Part shown: positions 1 through 6,917 of the stretch, piece after piece
Layout: the number at the start of each line of letters is the position of its first letter
How positions within the stretch are numbered: position 1 is the first letter of the stretch
Source of the DNA: a virus
Strand: one strand, 5' to 3'
IMG/VR virus record: IMGVR_UViG_3300045592_000084
DNA: 41,446 bases
Position numbers and translations under genes: made by a program
The notes under the pieces: model-generated
The model's database searches: none
Told to the model about the DNA's origin: nothing
What the model saw: only the letters and a program-made list of their open reading frames with translations

Positions 1-127
1 GACGACAGATTCAAAACATTGAGTTCCCGAAGCCGCCGTCCTCGCTGGCAGTCTTACGGCTGTGGCACGCATGGCACAGCGCCTGCCAGTTGTTCTGATC
101 CCACATAAGCTTCTGGTTCCCCCGATG
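1..127. repeat. Terminal direct repeat copy 1 (assembly overlap)
   Basis: 1..127 (gacgacagattcaaaac...ggttcccccgatg) is identical to 41320..41446. Confidence 0.95.
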
Positions 128-400
128 TGGAATGATGTGATCCACATCAGTTGCCTTAACCAGCAGCCCACGCTTCAGACACTCCTCACATAGTGGGTGT
201 TCTTTCAGGAATGCCGCTCTGCGCTTCCGCCACTTAGAACCATAGCCACGTTCAGCGGAGGAGCCTTTGAATCTCTTCCGCCTTGCTTCGCGTTCCGCCG
301 CCAGTTCTTTGCCCTTCTCTTTATGGCGGGCACAGTACTTATCAGACAGAGGGATAGCTTCCTGGCAGCCTGGGTAAGCGCAAATATGGAGAAGAGGCAT
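11..400 (-). CDS. HNH endonuclease, terminase-associated (HK97 gp74-like role)
   Basis: ORF track gives 11..478. Start trimmed to ATG 398-400 (MPLLHICAYPGC...) because the upstream ORF ends at 406. Motifs CEEC ... DVDHIIPHRGN ... NWQALCHACHSRKT. Lies directly upstream of TerS across the circular junction. Confidence 0.85.
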   Translation of the reverse strand: MPLLHICAYPGCQEAIPLSDKYCARHKEKGKELAAEREARRKRFKGSSAERGYGSKWRKRRAAFLKEHPLCEECLKRGLLVKATDVDHIIPHRGNQKLMWDQNNWQALCHACHSRKTASEDGGFGNSMF

Positions 401-405
401 ACGAT

Positions 406-666
406 CTATGGTAAACCCTTGGCTTCCATAACAACGAGGCAAACAAAGAAAACAGCAAGACCGGCGGTCACCCCCCACAGGATCCCAACAATCATATTCT
501 GCCTTGCCGCCATTCTCCCTAGCTCTTCTAAATTACGTCTCTGTGCTTCGTTTTCCATTTCATTCATCTTCCTTTCTAACGAAGCAATACGTAATTCCGC
601 TTCCATTAGGTCGCGGCGAGATCCTGAGTAGGAGGTATCAACCACTGGCAAGATGTTCTCCCGCAT
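406..666 (-). CDS. Small tail-anchored membrane protein (coiled-coil N-terminus, single C-terminal TM)
   Basis: 86 aa. Charged helical N-terminal part, then the hydrophobic stretch IVGILWGVTAGLAVFFVCLVV. First ORF after the putative late leader. Same architecture as 20214..20408 and 20949..21158. Confidence 0.5.
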   Translation of the reverse strand: MRENILPVVDTSYSGSRRDLMEAELRIASLERKMNEMENEAQRRNLEELGRMAARQNMIVGILWGVTAGLAVFFVCLVVMEAKGLP

Positions 667-667
667 A

Positions 668-700
668 AAAAAATCCCCGGATCTGCGTACGGATCCGAGG
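668..700 (-). terminator. Candidate intrinsic terminator at the end of the late leader (tR-prime-like)
   Basis: On the minus-strand RNA: stem CGGATC/GATCCG (678-683 with 692-697, 8-nt loop), then GGGA plus a U7 run (complement of A-run 667-673). It ends 1 nt before the ATG of 406..666. The stem is only 6 bp. Confidence 0.35.
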
Positions 701-763
701 ATGGAGTTGTATATCCGGAGGAGTTAACCAGCACCTACACGCTGTTTCTTTCGGGCACAACAA

Positions 764-781
764 GAGAGCCAACCGGCTCTC
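764..781 (-). promoter_or_regulatory. Perfect 7-bp hairpin in the late leader transcript
   Basis: GAGAGCC-aacc-GGCTCTC. On the minus RNA it is followed by UUGUUGUG. Lies about 40 nt downstream of the predicted late promoter -10. Confidence 0.4.
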
Positions 782-821
782 CAATCGTACTTCTTGCGTC
801 TTTCGCTTACTGGTACCCCCA

Positions 822-849
822 ATTGTATCCCATTATTTTATTTTTTCAA
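822..849 (-). promoter_or_regulatory. Candidate late promoter (PR-prime-like)
   Basis: Read on the minus strand: -35 TTGAAA (849..844), 16-nt spacer, -10 TACAAT (827..822). Overlaps the stop codon of the Q-like gene. Confidence 0.45.
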
Positions 850-1229
850 GAGCAATCCCGAGCGTAGAACTCCAGGATATTAGAAAGCATGACCGAAGCG
901 CTGTGAATCTCCTCATCGAACCTTCTTTTGCTTAGCCCCATCGCCCGGCTAATTCTTCCTACCGAGAGAGACGGGCGAAGGTAGAGCGCGCAAACCATAA
1001 GCCTGTACTTCTCCGGATAGAGTGGAGAACACAGCGCTCGCTCAACCCTGGCGGCGTCTTTTACATCTACAGGGCTGCAATCTTTCTCACACTCGTTCGC
1101 TATGCCCCTGCCTTCCGCTCCGTACAGGGCGATCATCTTCGCAAGCCACGATGCGCGTAAGCATGATCGGTCCCTGTAAACTCTCGCCCAGTTCTCAAGC
1201 CTTGCGTTCAGATCCCGGTCTTCGATCAC
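846..1229 (-). CDS. Putative late-gene regulator, short Q-type antiterminator-like
   Basis: 127 aa. The N-terminal LENWARVYRD and the C-terminal helix-rich part (YRLMVCALYLRPSLSVGRISRAMGLSKRRFDEEI) resemble small phage 21/82-size Q proteins, judged from memory. It is the last early gene and is immediately followed by a strong promoter, hairpins and the late genes. Confidence 0.4.
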   Translation of the reverse strand: MIEDRDLNARLENWARVYRDRSCLRASWLAKMIALYGAEGRGIANECEKDCSPVDVKDAARVERALCSPLYPEKYRLMVCALYLRPSLSVGRISRAMGLSKRRFDEEIHSASVMLSNILEFYARDCS

Positions 1230-1241
1230 GTATCTCTCCCG

Positions 1242-1628
1242 TCAGAACTCATCAACATCCCATCCACCGCCGTTCTTTTTGGCGCGCGGATAGACAACCT
1301 TCATCGCGAAAGGGAAGGAAGTCGCAACCACTTTGACCTTGCACTTCGCATCGTCAAAGAAGACTCGCGGGCTGCCCTTGACCTCATGCAGCTCCAGCTC
1401 GCCGTTCGGTCGAAGGATCATGAAATCGGGAAGGTACCAGCAGGCGCCATCCGCGACTTTTAGTTTTAGGCTTTCGAACCAGAAGTCCACTATTTTTCCG
1501 GCCTGCTTCTCGCCCTCGAGGTACATCGCGTATGCTGACTCGGTTCGATTAAGCTCTCCCTTCTTCATCCGGCCTTTCGCTCTGAGAGCCGTGAGGCCGT
1601 AGTTCTTGTGCTGCGTCTTAAAAAACAT
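1242..1628 (-). CDS. DUF1064-like PD-(D/E)xK nuclease (possible junction resolvase role)
   Basis: 128 aa. The motif YLPDF ... ELHEVKG and the overall pattern are typical of DUF1064 phage proteins found in nin-like regions. Confidence 0.55.
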   Translation of the reverse strand: MFFKTQHKNYGLTALRAKGRMKKGELNRTESAYAMYLEGEKQAGKIVDFWFESLKLKVADGACWYLPDFMILRPNGELELHEVKGSPRVFFDDAKCKVKVVATSFPFAMKVVYPRAKKNGGGWDVDEF

Positions 1629-1631
1629 CCC

Positions 1632-1817
1632 TCAGTCCTCCTCCATCTCCACATGTGTATAAAGCTCGAGGACTTTCTTCAGGGTAGCTTTAGCGTCTTG
1701 AAGGTCCTGATACTCCTGTAGGTGTGGATACTTTTCGTAAAATTTGTAGTCACCTATGAATTGCCCAAGAGCGTCGATAATCGTCAAGAGATCATCCTGA
1801 CTCAGCTTTTTTGCCAT
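1632..1817 (-). CDS. Hypothetical small acidic protein
   Basis: 61-aa ORF tightly packed between the DUF1064 and SSB genes on the same strand. No motif recognised. Confidence 0.45.
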   Translation of the reverse strand: MAKKLSQDDLLTIIDALGQFIGDYKFYEKYPHLQEYQDLQDAKATLKKVLELYTHVEMEED

Positions 1818-1835
1818 ACCTTCATCCTCTCCCCG

Positions 1836-2288
1836 TCAAAATGGGACATCCTCGTTAGGGGCAGATGCGGTGTTCCGCGGGAGATCTCTACCCTTCGCCG
1901 CAGCGTACTGGGCTGCCGTAGTAGCTGCAGGTTTCGATGACGCAGATGAAGATTTCCCCTGAGGCCGTGCCCCCAGCTGCAGGGACTCGCAGATAACCTC
2001 TGTCGCGTAACGCTCGATACCGTCCTTGCCCGTGTACTTTCGCGTATGCAGCCGCCCCTCGATATAGACCTCAGAGCCTTTCACGAGATACTGCTGAGCG
2101 ACTTCCGCCGTTTTCCCAAAAACCACAACGTTATGCCACTCGGTCTCTTCCTTCTTTTCACCATCCCGGCCCTTGTATCGGCGGGTAGTGGCAAGCGCGA
2201 GGCGGCAGATTGTCAGCCCCTGCGCGTCGCTCGTCTTGGGGTCTCTCCCCAGGCGACCCAGAAGGGTCACGCAATTTACTGATGCCAT
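1836..2288 (-). CDS. ssb: Single-stranded DNA-binding protein
   Basis: 150 aa. OB-fold N-terminus (VTLLGRLGRDP ... TEWHNVVVFGKTAEVAQQYLVKGSEVYIEGRL), Gly/Ala/Ser-rich linker and an acidic tail ending in DVPF. Confidence 0.95.
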   Translation of the reverse strand: MASVNCVTLLGRLGRDPKTSDAQGLTICRLALATTRRYKGRDGEKKEETEWHNVVVFGKTAEVAQQYLVKGSEVYIEGRLHTRKYTGKDGIERYATEVICESLQLGARPQGKSSSASSKPAATTAAQYAAAKGRDLPRNTASAPNEDVPF

Positions 2289-2385
2289 GCTGTACTCCTA
2301 TCCTTACCTTTGATACCGTTTCCCGGGGCGAGAAGGCGCCTTCCTGCCCTCTCTTCTCCCTCGCCGCCCTTCTGTACTGAAAATC

Positions 2386-2586
2386 TCATTTCGAAGCTCC
2401 TGGCGCGTTTAAATTAGGATGAGAGAAAGAGGAAGCCTTTCCCTTCATCGCCACCTCCCGCGCGGCTCTCGCCCGGCAGGCTCTCTCCCGGCACTTCTTC
2501 TGCTGTTCGTGGCGCTTGGCTCTTTCCTTCTCCAGCTCCTCGACCGCTCCCGAGAGAGTCTCCGCGATAAATCTGTTTGAAATCAT
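2386..2586 (-). CDS. Hypothetical basic coiled-coil protein
   Basis: 66-aa Lys/Arg-rich ORF in the replication operon. No motif recognised. Confidence 0.35.
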   Translation of the reverse strand: MISNRFIAETLSGAVEELEKERAKRHEQQKKCRERACRARAAREVAMKGKASSFSHPNLNAPGASK

Positions 2587-2598
2587 TTCTTCATGCCC

Positions 2599-3612
2599 TC
2601 AAAGCCATCCTTCCTCAGCCACATTCAAAGCGTCCGCCTGATGAGATCTGGTGAGATCTGCCCCGCTCAGATTCTTCGGCATCAGCTCCATCAGCTGGCG
2701 CTCAGGAGAAAGACAGAACTGCCCGCTCGACTTTTCGTACCAAAGCTTCTGCTTCGCTACCGCACCGGTCTTCCGCTGCTTATCGAGGAGCAGTACCGTG
2801 TCAGGCGCCTGGTCCCACCCGGCGTTTTTTGTCTTCAGCTCAACCGCTTTCTTTTCCTTCGAAAAATTCCGGAAAACAATCACCACGTTATCGGCAAGAT
2901 TGCTGATGTCGGCAGACCCTGAGATGGAGTAGCGGTCAGGAAGCTTTTCTTCGTCATGATCAGCGTTCGCTTTTCTGAGATGCGCTACAAGGTGGACGTG
3001 GACACCAGTCTCAACCGCGATCCGCTTCAGCTGCTCGGTAATGTGGCGCTGAGTCTGAAAGAGCTGATCGCTCGAGTGCCCGCCCGTCAGCATCATGAGG
3101 TTATCAACGAAGACATGCCGGCAGTGTTTGACAGCAGCGGCATAAGCCACTGCGTCAAGGGCATACCCGGGATCGATCGCCCCGCGGTTGCGGTATACCC
3201 AAAGAAGCCGCTCACACCAGTCGAAGAACTTCTCCACCTTTCCGGACTCCCCGATGGAGAGACCGCGGCCGTAAGCCATACGAACCATCTGCATCACGGT
3301 GTCCTTCGGCGCCATCTCGAAGGAGAGAAGGCACACGGCGCGCTTCTTCATCATCATTGAAAGCGCAACCTGGGACATCAAAGCGCTCTTGCCGGCGCCG
3401 TTATTTCCCGCCCACACAGTGAGTTCACCAGGTCTCATCTGAAACCTCGGGATCACAGGACAACTAACCCCGCTGTTCCTAAGAGGATGATCCACCTCTT
3501 CCATAAGTTCAGCCTGCATCGTTGCGGCAAGGACGATATCTGGTGATGGGTCCTTCCCTGACCAAAAGCCTTTCACGTCTTCTGGTTTCAGAAGGAAATT
3601 ACCTGCGTTCAT
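2599..3612 (-). CDS. DnaB-like / RecA-fold replicative helicase (ATPase-domain type)
   Basis: Walker A GNNGAGKS and Walker B HVFVDNLMML, with LVAHLRK and a C-terminal DnaB_C-like layout. Start set at ATG 3610-3612, which is preceded by GGAGGGG. The ORF track extends to 3681. Confidence 0.65.
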   Translation of the reverse strand: MNAGNFLLKPEDVKGFWSGKDPSPDIVLAATMQAELMEEVDHPLRNSGVSCPVIPRFQMRPGELTVWAGNNGAGKSALMSQVALSMMMKKRAVCLLSFEMAPKDTVMQMVRMAYGRGLSIGESGKVEKFFDWCERLLWVYRNRGAIDPGYALDAVAYAAAVKHCRHVFVDNLMMLTGGHSSDQLFQTQRHITEQLKRIAVETGVHVHLVAHLRKANADHDEEKLPDRYSISGSADISNLADNVVIVFRNFSKEKKAVELKTKNAGWDQAPDTVLLLDKQRKTGAVAKQKLWYEKSSGQFCLSPERQLMELMPKNLSGADLTRSHQADALNVAEEGWL

Positions 3613-3964
3613 AAACTGCCCCTCCATAATTTCTGATGTATCTCTCTGCCTTGGTATCTCCATGAGCCGCAAAGACGACAATAAGAGGAAGTCCTGAAAA
3701 GATTCCTTCTCTGGCTTCCAGCATTCTCTTCATCCCCTCTTCACCGTCGTACATAACGTGTACCATGCGTCCTTTAATGAACCTCTGCCAATCAATGACA
3801 GAAAGACGGTCTTGAAGAAGGATGTCTACGACACCTTTTATTCCTACGGACTCGCCTTTCTCTACGGTTTGGAAATCTGGAGTCTCTGAGTGAAAGAAGA
3901 CAACGACAGAATCCATTGGTTCAGCATCCATTGCCTGACTGATCAGCATTTCAGATTTCCTCAA
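3599..3964 (-). CDS. Hypothetical replication-module protein (possible helicase loader by position)
   Basis: 121-aa ORF between the initiator and the helicase, overlapping both by a few nt. No motif recognised. Confidence 0.45.
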   Translation of the reverse strand: MRKSEMLISQAMDAEPMDSVVVFFHSETPDFQTVEKGESVGIKGVVDILLQDRLSVIDWQRFIKGRMVHVMYDGEEGMKRMLEAREGIFSGLPLIVVFAAHGDTKAERYIRNYGGAVYERR

Positions 3965-4661
3965 ACAGACGTTCTTCAGCAGTCAGATGCCTCACTTCCC
4001 TTCTTTGTGCTTCTTTCTCTCTCCTTACCCATGTCTGCCAGCTTTGCGTCCAGCCTTTATCTGACCTTCTGGTGGAGGAACCTCTGCCGTTCTCCCAGTA
4101 GAACCTGAAGTCAGTAAAGACTTTCTTAGGATCCAAATCAGGGCGTACGGCTTCGATGTATTCCTTCCAAGCATCCGGGATCTCGGCGAGCGAGAAGAGG
4201 TGTGTCTGTGCCTCCCGCTTCGCCGCAGGCGAGGGGGGAGGTAGGGGCTCTTCCCTGATTTGTTCATTGATATGTTCACTGATCTGTTTGTGTCCCAAAT
4301 TCGGTACTACTGTTTGTCCCGTTTTCGGTACTACTGCCGTACCGTTTTCGGTAGTACCGTTTTCGGTAGTACCGTTTTCGGTAGTACCGTTTTCGGTACG
4401 ACAGAGGGCATAATTAAGCTGGTACCGATTCGCGTTTCTCTCACTTTTTTGAGCTGAAACCACCCCGCTTTGGGAAAGAGCTTTCAGAGCTGAAAAAACT
4501 GTCTTGCGATTCAAGTGCGTAATCGCTGTTAGCTTTTCTACAGACGGGAAGCACCGTCCGGCATCGTCCGAAAACTTCGCCAAGGCAAGAATCACCAGGC
4601 GTTCAGACGAAGAGGTCACGGGCGCCTCCCAAGCAAAATCGGTCGCTTTGTAGCCGTGCAT
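3951..4661 (-). CDS. Replication initiator (lambda O-like role, N-terminal winged helix)
   Basis: 236 aa. The N-terminal segment ERLVILALAKFSDDAGRCFPSVEKLTAITHLNRKTVFSALKALSQSGVV is typical of phage O/DnaD-like initiators. Contains an in-frame iteron array and directly follows the Cro-like gene. Confidence 0.65.
   Translation of the reverse strand: MHGYKATDFAWEAPVTSSSERLVILALAKFSDDAGRCFPSVEKLTAITHLNRKTVFSALKALSQSGVVSAQKSERNANRYQLNYALCRTENGTTENGTTENGTTENGTAVVPKTGQTVVPNLGHKQISEHINEQIREEPLPPPSPAAKREAQTHLFSLAEIPDAWKEYIEAVRPDLDPKKVFTDFRFYWENGRGSSTRRSDKGWTQSWQTWVRREKEAQRREVRHLTAEERLFEEI
4300..4398. repeat. Iteron array, candidate origin of replication
   Basis: Four perfect tandem 15-mers GTACCGTTTTCGGTA (4339-4353, 4354-4368, 4369-4383, 4384-4398), each containing the inverted repeat TACCG-TTTT-CGGTA. 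They are preceded by two copies of TTCGGTACTACTG (4300-4312, 4324-4336). Confidence 0.6.
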
Positions 4662-4871
4662 TTAGAAGCCTCTCGGGAGCCCTTTCCACGCTTGAAGCTT
4701 CGGATACTTAAGCCGGAAGTACGGAAGCCGGCTCTCTGGGATGCCGAATTTCTTCCACTTCCAGACTGCAGGCAAAGAAACCCCGAAAGCGCGGCTCATC
4801 TCTGTAAGTGAGTTGAATTCCTCTCTTATTTCCCTAAAAGCGAGTTTTCGCCTTTCGTCTAACTCAGTCAT
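4662..4871 (-). CDS. Cro/YdaS-like HTH regulator
   Basis: 69 aa. HTH segment SLTEMSRAFGVSLPAVWKWKK. First gene of the minus-strand early operon and divergent from the CI-type repressor. Confidence 0.7.
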   Translation of the reverse strand: MTELDERRKLAFREIREEFNSLTEMSRAFGVSLPAVWKWKKFGIPESRLPYFRLKYPKLQAWKGLPRGF

Positions 4872-4902
4872 ATTCTCACCAAAGTGAATTTTCTTCTTTA
4901 AT

Positions 4903-4966
4903 AATTTAACTCAAGTTAATAATAAAGTAAAGCACAAAAGGGAAGAAATGGCATAACCTAAGTTAA
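4903..4966. promoter_or_regulatory. PR-like promoter with two operator palindromes in the cI-cro intergenic region
   Basis: On the minus strand: -35 TTTACT (4931..4926), 17-nt spacer, -10 TAAATT (4908..4903). Operators are TTAACtcaaGTTAA (4906-4919) and aTAACctaaGTTAA (4953-4966). Confidence 0.5.
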
Positions 4967-4985
4967 TATTTACAGAGAGGCAAAC

Positions 4986-5630
4986 ATGACTAGCTGGAAT
5001 GATCGCCTAAAGCAAGTGATGCAAGAAAAAGGTGTCTTGGCTGCTGATTTAGCCCGAGCTACTGGGCTATCCCCGGCGGGGATAAAGAAATGGTTAGACG
5101 GGGCAACGCTGGCGCCCAGATATGATGACGTCATTAAAACGTGCCGCATCCTTAACGTTTCTCCCGAGTGGCTAATGGACGGGGTCGGAGTCGCCGCTAT
5201 AAAAAATTCCATCAAATTAGACCTGATCGACATAAAAGGCTCATGCGGCACTGGTATAGAGAATTTTGAAGAAATCCCTCAAATCCGCCAGCTTCTTGTT
5301 TCTCCCGAGTGGTTCAGCCGGCATTTTTCATACTTTAAACCGGGAAATATAAAAATCATTTCATCACTGGGCGATTCCATGTCCCCAGACATCGAAGACG
5401 GGGACGCTGTATTTTTAGATACCTCCGATACTTCTCTAATCCGTGATGGAATTTATGCGGTTCTCATTGATTCAGAGCTATTTATAAAGCGAGTGCAACG
5501 GGCTCCGGGGAAACTTATTTTCATAAGCTCTAACCCGGTTTATACGCCGTTTGAAGTCCATTCCGGCGATGGCAGAAATGTCCGTTTTCTTGGGCGAGTG
5601 GTCAAAAGTATGAGGCTTCTTGATCTTTGA
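4986..5630 (+). CDS. CI-type repressor (XRE HTH plus S24 LexA-like autopeptidase)
   Basis: 214 aa. N-terminal HTH (AADLARATGLSPAGIKKW). C-terminal S24 domain with GDSMSP (Ser nucleophile) and FIKRV (Lys). Confidence 0.9.
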   Translation: MTSWNDRLKQVMQEKGVLAADLARATGLSPAGIKKWLDGATLAPRYDDVIKTCRILNVSPEWLMDGVGVAAIKNSIKLDLIDIKGSCGTGIENFEEIPQIRQLLVSPEWFSRHFSYFKPGNIKIISSLGDSMSPDIEDGDAVFLDTSDTSLIRDGIYAVLIDSELFIKRVQRAPGKLIFISSNPVYTPFEVHSGDGRNVRFLGRVVKSMRLLDL

Positions 5631-5659
5631 TGTAAAAAAGATTTTTTTACTTCACCCTT

Positions 5660-5690
5660 AACCTCCTCTGACAAAAGAGGAGGTTTTTGC
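5660..5690 (+). terminator. Intrinsic terminator after the repressor gene
   Basis: Perfect 10-bp stem AACCTCCTCT / AGAGGAGGTT (5660-5669 with 5676-5685), 6-nt loop, followed by a T-run. Confidence 0.8.
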
Positions 5691-5700
5691 GTCTCTGCTA

Positions 5701-5729
5701 TTTACTTTTGAATTAACTTAGGTTAATAT
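5701..5729 (+). promoter_or_regulatory. PL-like early promoter with operator
   Basis: -35 TTTACT (5701-5706), 17-nt spacer, -10 TAATAT (5724-5729). The perfect palindrome TTAACttagGTTAA (5713-5726) overlaps the spacer and -10, the same layout as the PR-like promoter. Confidence 0.5.
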
Positions 5730-5774
5730 ATTTATCAGATAAGAACACTTTGGTGAAATATTCAAGGAGCCCTC

Positions 5775-6017
5775 ATGTGCACCTACCGAATCAGCATCAA
5801 ATCCAATTTCGCAGATATCGAAGGAACCTTCTCACAGGAGGAGCCCTTGACCTTTGCGGACTTTATCCGCCTCACAAGTGATTTCATGCCATCAGGCGAC
5901 GAGATTGATGAATCAGCATTCGAAGCTACGGACAAGGGGGATTGGTTCCACATCTACCGCAAGGTAAAGACTCGTACAGGCGGCGTGGCTACCGCCGAGT
6001 GCGAGCTGATCGATTAA
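5775..6017 (+). CDS. Hypothetical acidic protein, first gene of the early plus-strand operon
   Basis: 80 aa, SD AAGGAG upstream. By hand count about 16 D/E against 8 K/R. Confidence 0.55.
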   Translation: MCTYRISIKSNFADIEGTFSQEEPLTFADFIRLTSDFMPSGDEIDESAFEATDKGDWFHIYRKVKTRTGGVATAECELID

Positions 6018-6029
6018 CAGGAGACAGAC

Positions 6030-6248
6030 ATGGGAAAAGACATGAACAAAGAAAAGCTGGAAATGCTGATCCGCGACACGAAGTTCGCAGTCGAACAAGT
6101 TGGCTACGCGGCACGGTGGTACGCCGACGGAGGTTTCCAGGCTAAAGACTCAGCCACCTACGTGAGAAAGATTTTAGAGGCCGCAAAGCTCGCGGCGCTC
6201 CGGGTTGAGGTTCTTGCCAACGAATTTAAGAAGGAGTGCGAGGAATGA
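6030..6248 (+). CDS. Hypothetical protein
   Basis: 72-aa ORF, 12 nt after the previous gene. Its stop overlaps the next start (ATGA). Confidence 0.5.
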   Translation: MGKDMNKEKLEMLIRDTKFAVEQVGYAARWYADGGFQAKDSATYVRKILEAAKLAALRVEVLANEFKKECEE

Positions 6249-6700
6249 CAGCCGTCAAGCTTGATAAAAACGCCGCCCGGGATATTTGGGCAGCCGAGCT
6301 GAGAAACGGAGCCGAAGCTGCTTACAGGTTCGGCCCCGTAACAGGGAATCTAGTCGCGGTTCTTAAGGAATTACATGAGTCCGTGGATGGCGGCGCTGAC
6401 GACCCGCTCGGCTTCTTCCTCAGTGAGCCCGGTGATAAGCATCTGCCTGAGGCAAAGGAGGTACATAGCGTCGGCTCTGGCCAGATACCCAAGCATAGAC
6501 GGGAGTTTGTTACGTATTGCCTCATTTACCTTCTGTTCAAAGATATCGGCCTGCCCCGGGGGGACCTCTTTGAGGTCACCTTTAACACTATTTTGGAATC
6601 TCTCCTGGTTGAACGCCTGAAGGAATGGAAATCCGATAGCACCGCTCTCAATCCCCGCGATGATGATGTCGGCGGCCTCGTCGGTGGCAAAGGCGTTTGA
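6245..6700 (+). CDS. Hypothetical protein, paralog of 6918..7343; its 3' part is antisense to 6371..6712
   Basis: ATGA coupling at 6245-6248. The N-terminus KLDKNAARDIWAAEL is paralogous to KLTAETARQIWSEWL, with changes that are synonymous in the plus frame. It is uncertain whether the overlapped C-terminal part is functional. Confidence 0.45.
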   Translation: MTAVKLDKNAARDIWAAELRNGAEAAYRFGPVTGNLVAVLKELHESVDGGADDPLGFFLSEPGDKHLPEAKEVHSVGSGQIPKHRREFVTYCLIYLLFKDIGLPRGDLFEVTFNTILESLLVERLKEWKSDSTALNPRDDDVGGLVGGKGV

Positions 6701-6712
6701 TGGCTTATCCAT
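6371..6712 (-). CDS. Hypothetical protein, paralog of 7092..7355
   Basis: 113 aa. SD AGGAGG 6 nt before the ATG. Paralogy is IIAGIESGAIGFPFLQAFN against LLEGIRSGSINFPFLQKFN. Differences between the copies are mostly synonymous in this frame. Confidence 0.7.
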   Translation of the reverse strand: MDKPSNAFATDEAADIIIAGIESGAIGFPFLQAFNQERFQNSVKGDLKEVPPGQADIFEQKVNEAIRNKLPSMLGYLARADAMYLLCLRQMLITGLTEEEAERVVSAAIHGLM

Positions 6713-6808
6713 GAGTTTCCTCCTGTGAGTTGATTTGAATGCGCGGTTACTGGTGGGTACCGCATTCCGATCTTCTCACGGGGGGACCTGAAAAGAAAGA
6801 GGAAGCAA

Positions 6809-6916
6809 ATGAAAGACAACGTCATCTTGGGTACAGCCCTGTTCCTCGCACTCATCGGGGCGGCAACGGTGCTCGGCTGGGTGTACTGGGCAATCTGTGC
6901 AATTGCGGGGGCGTGA
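6809..6916 (+). CDS. 35-aa hydrophobic peptide (single TM)
   Basis: Not in the ORF track because it is under 60 aa. GAGGAAG SD, ATG 6809, sequence MKDNVILGTALFLALIGAATVLGWVYWAICAIAGA, TGA 6914-6916. The stop lies 1 nt before the next ATG (6918). Confidence 0.4.
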   Translation: MKDNVILGTALFLALIGAATVLGWVYWAICAIAGA

Positions 6917-6917
6917 G

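Noticed and set aside
197-631. 144-aa plus-strand ORF at the left end
   Set aside because: It is antisense to the HNH gene and the 86-aa membrane-protein gene. No motifs, no SD.
2956-3360. 134-aa plus-strand ORF
   Set aside because: It is antisense to the helicase gene, whose Walker motifs establish the minus frame.
4339-4398. Tandem 15-bp repeats as a possible CRISPR or other array
   Set aside because: The repeats are directly adjacent with no spacers, are too short for CRISPR, and lie in frame inside the initiator gene. I interpret them as iterons.
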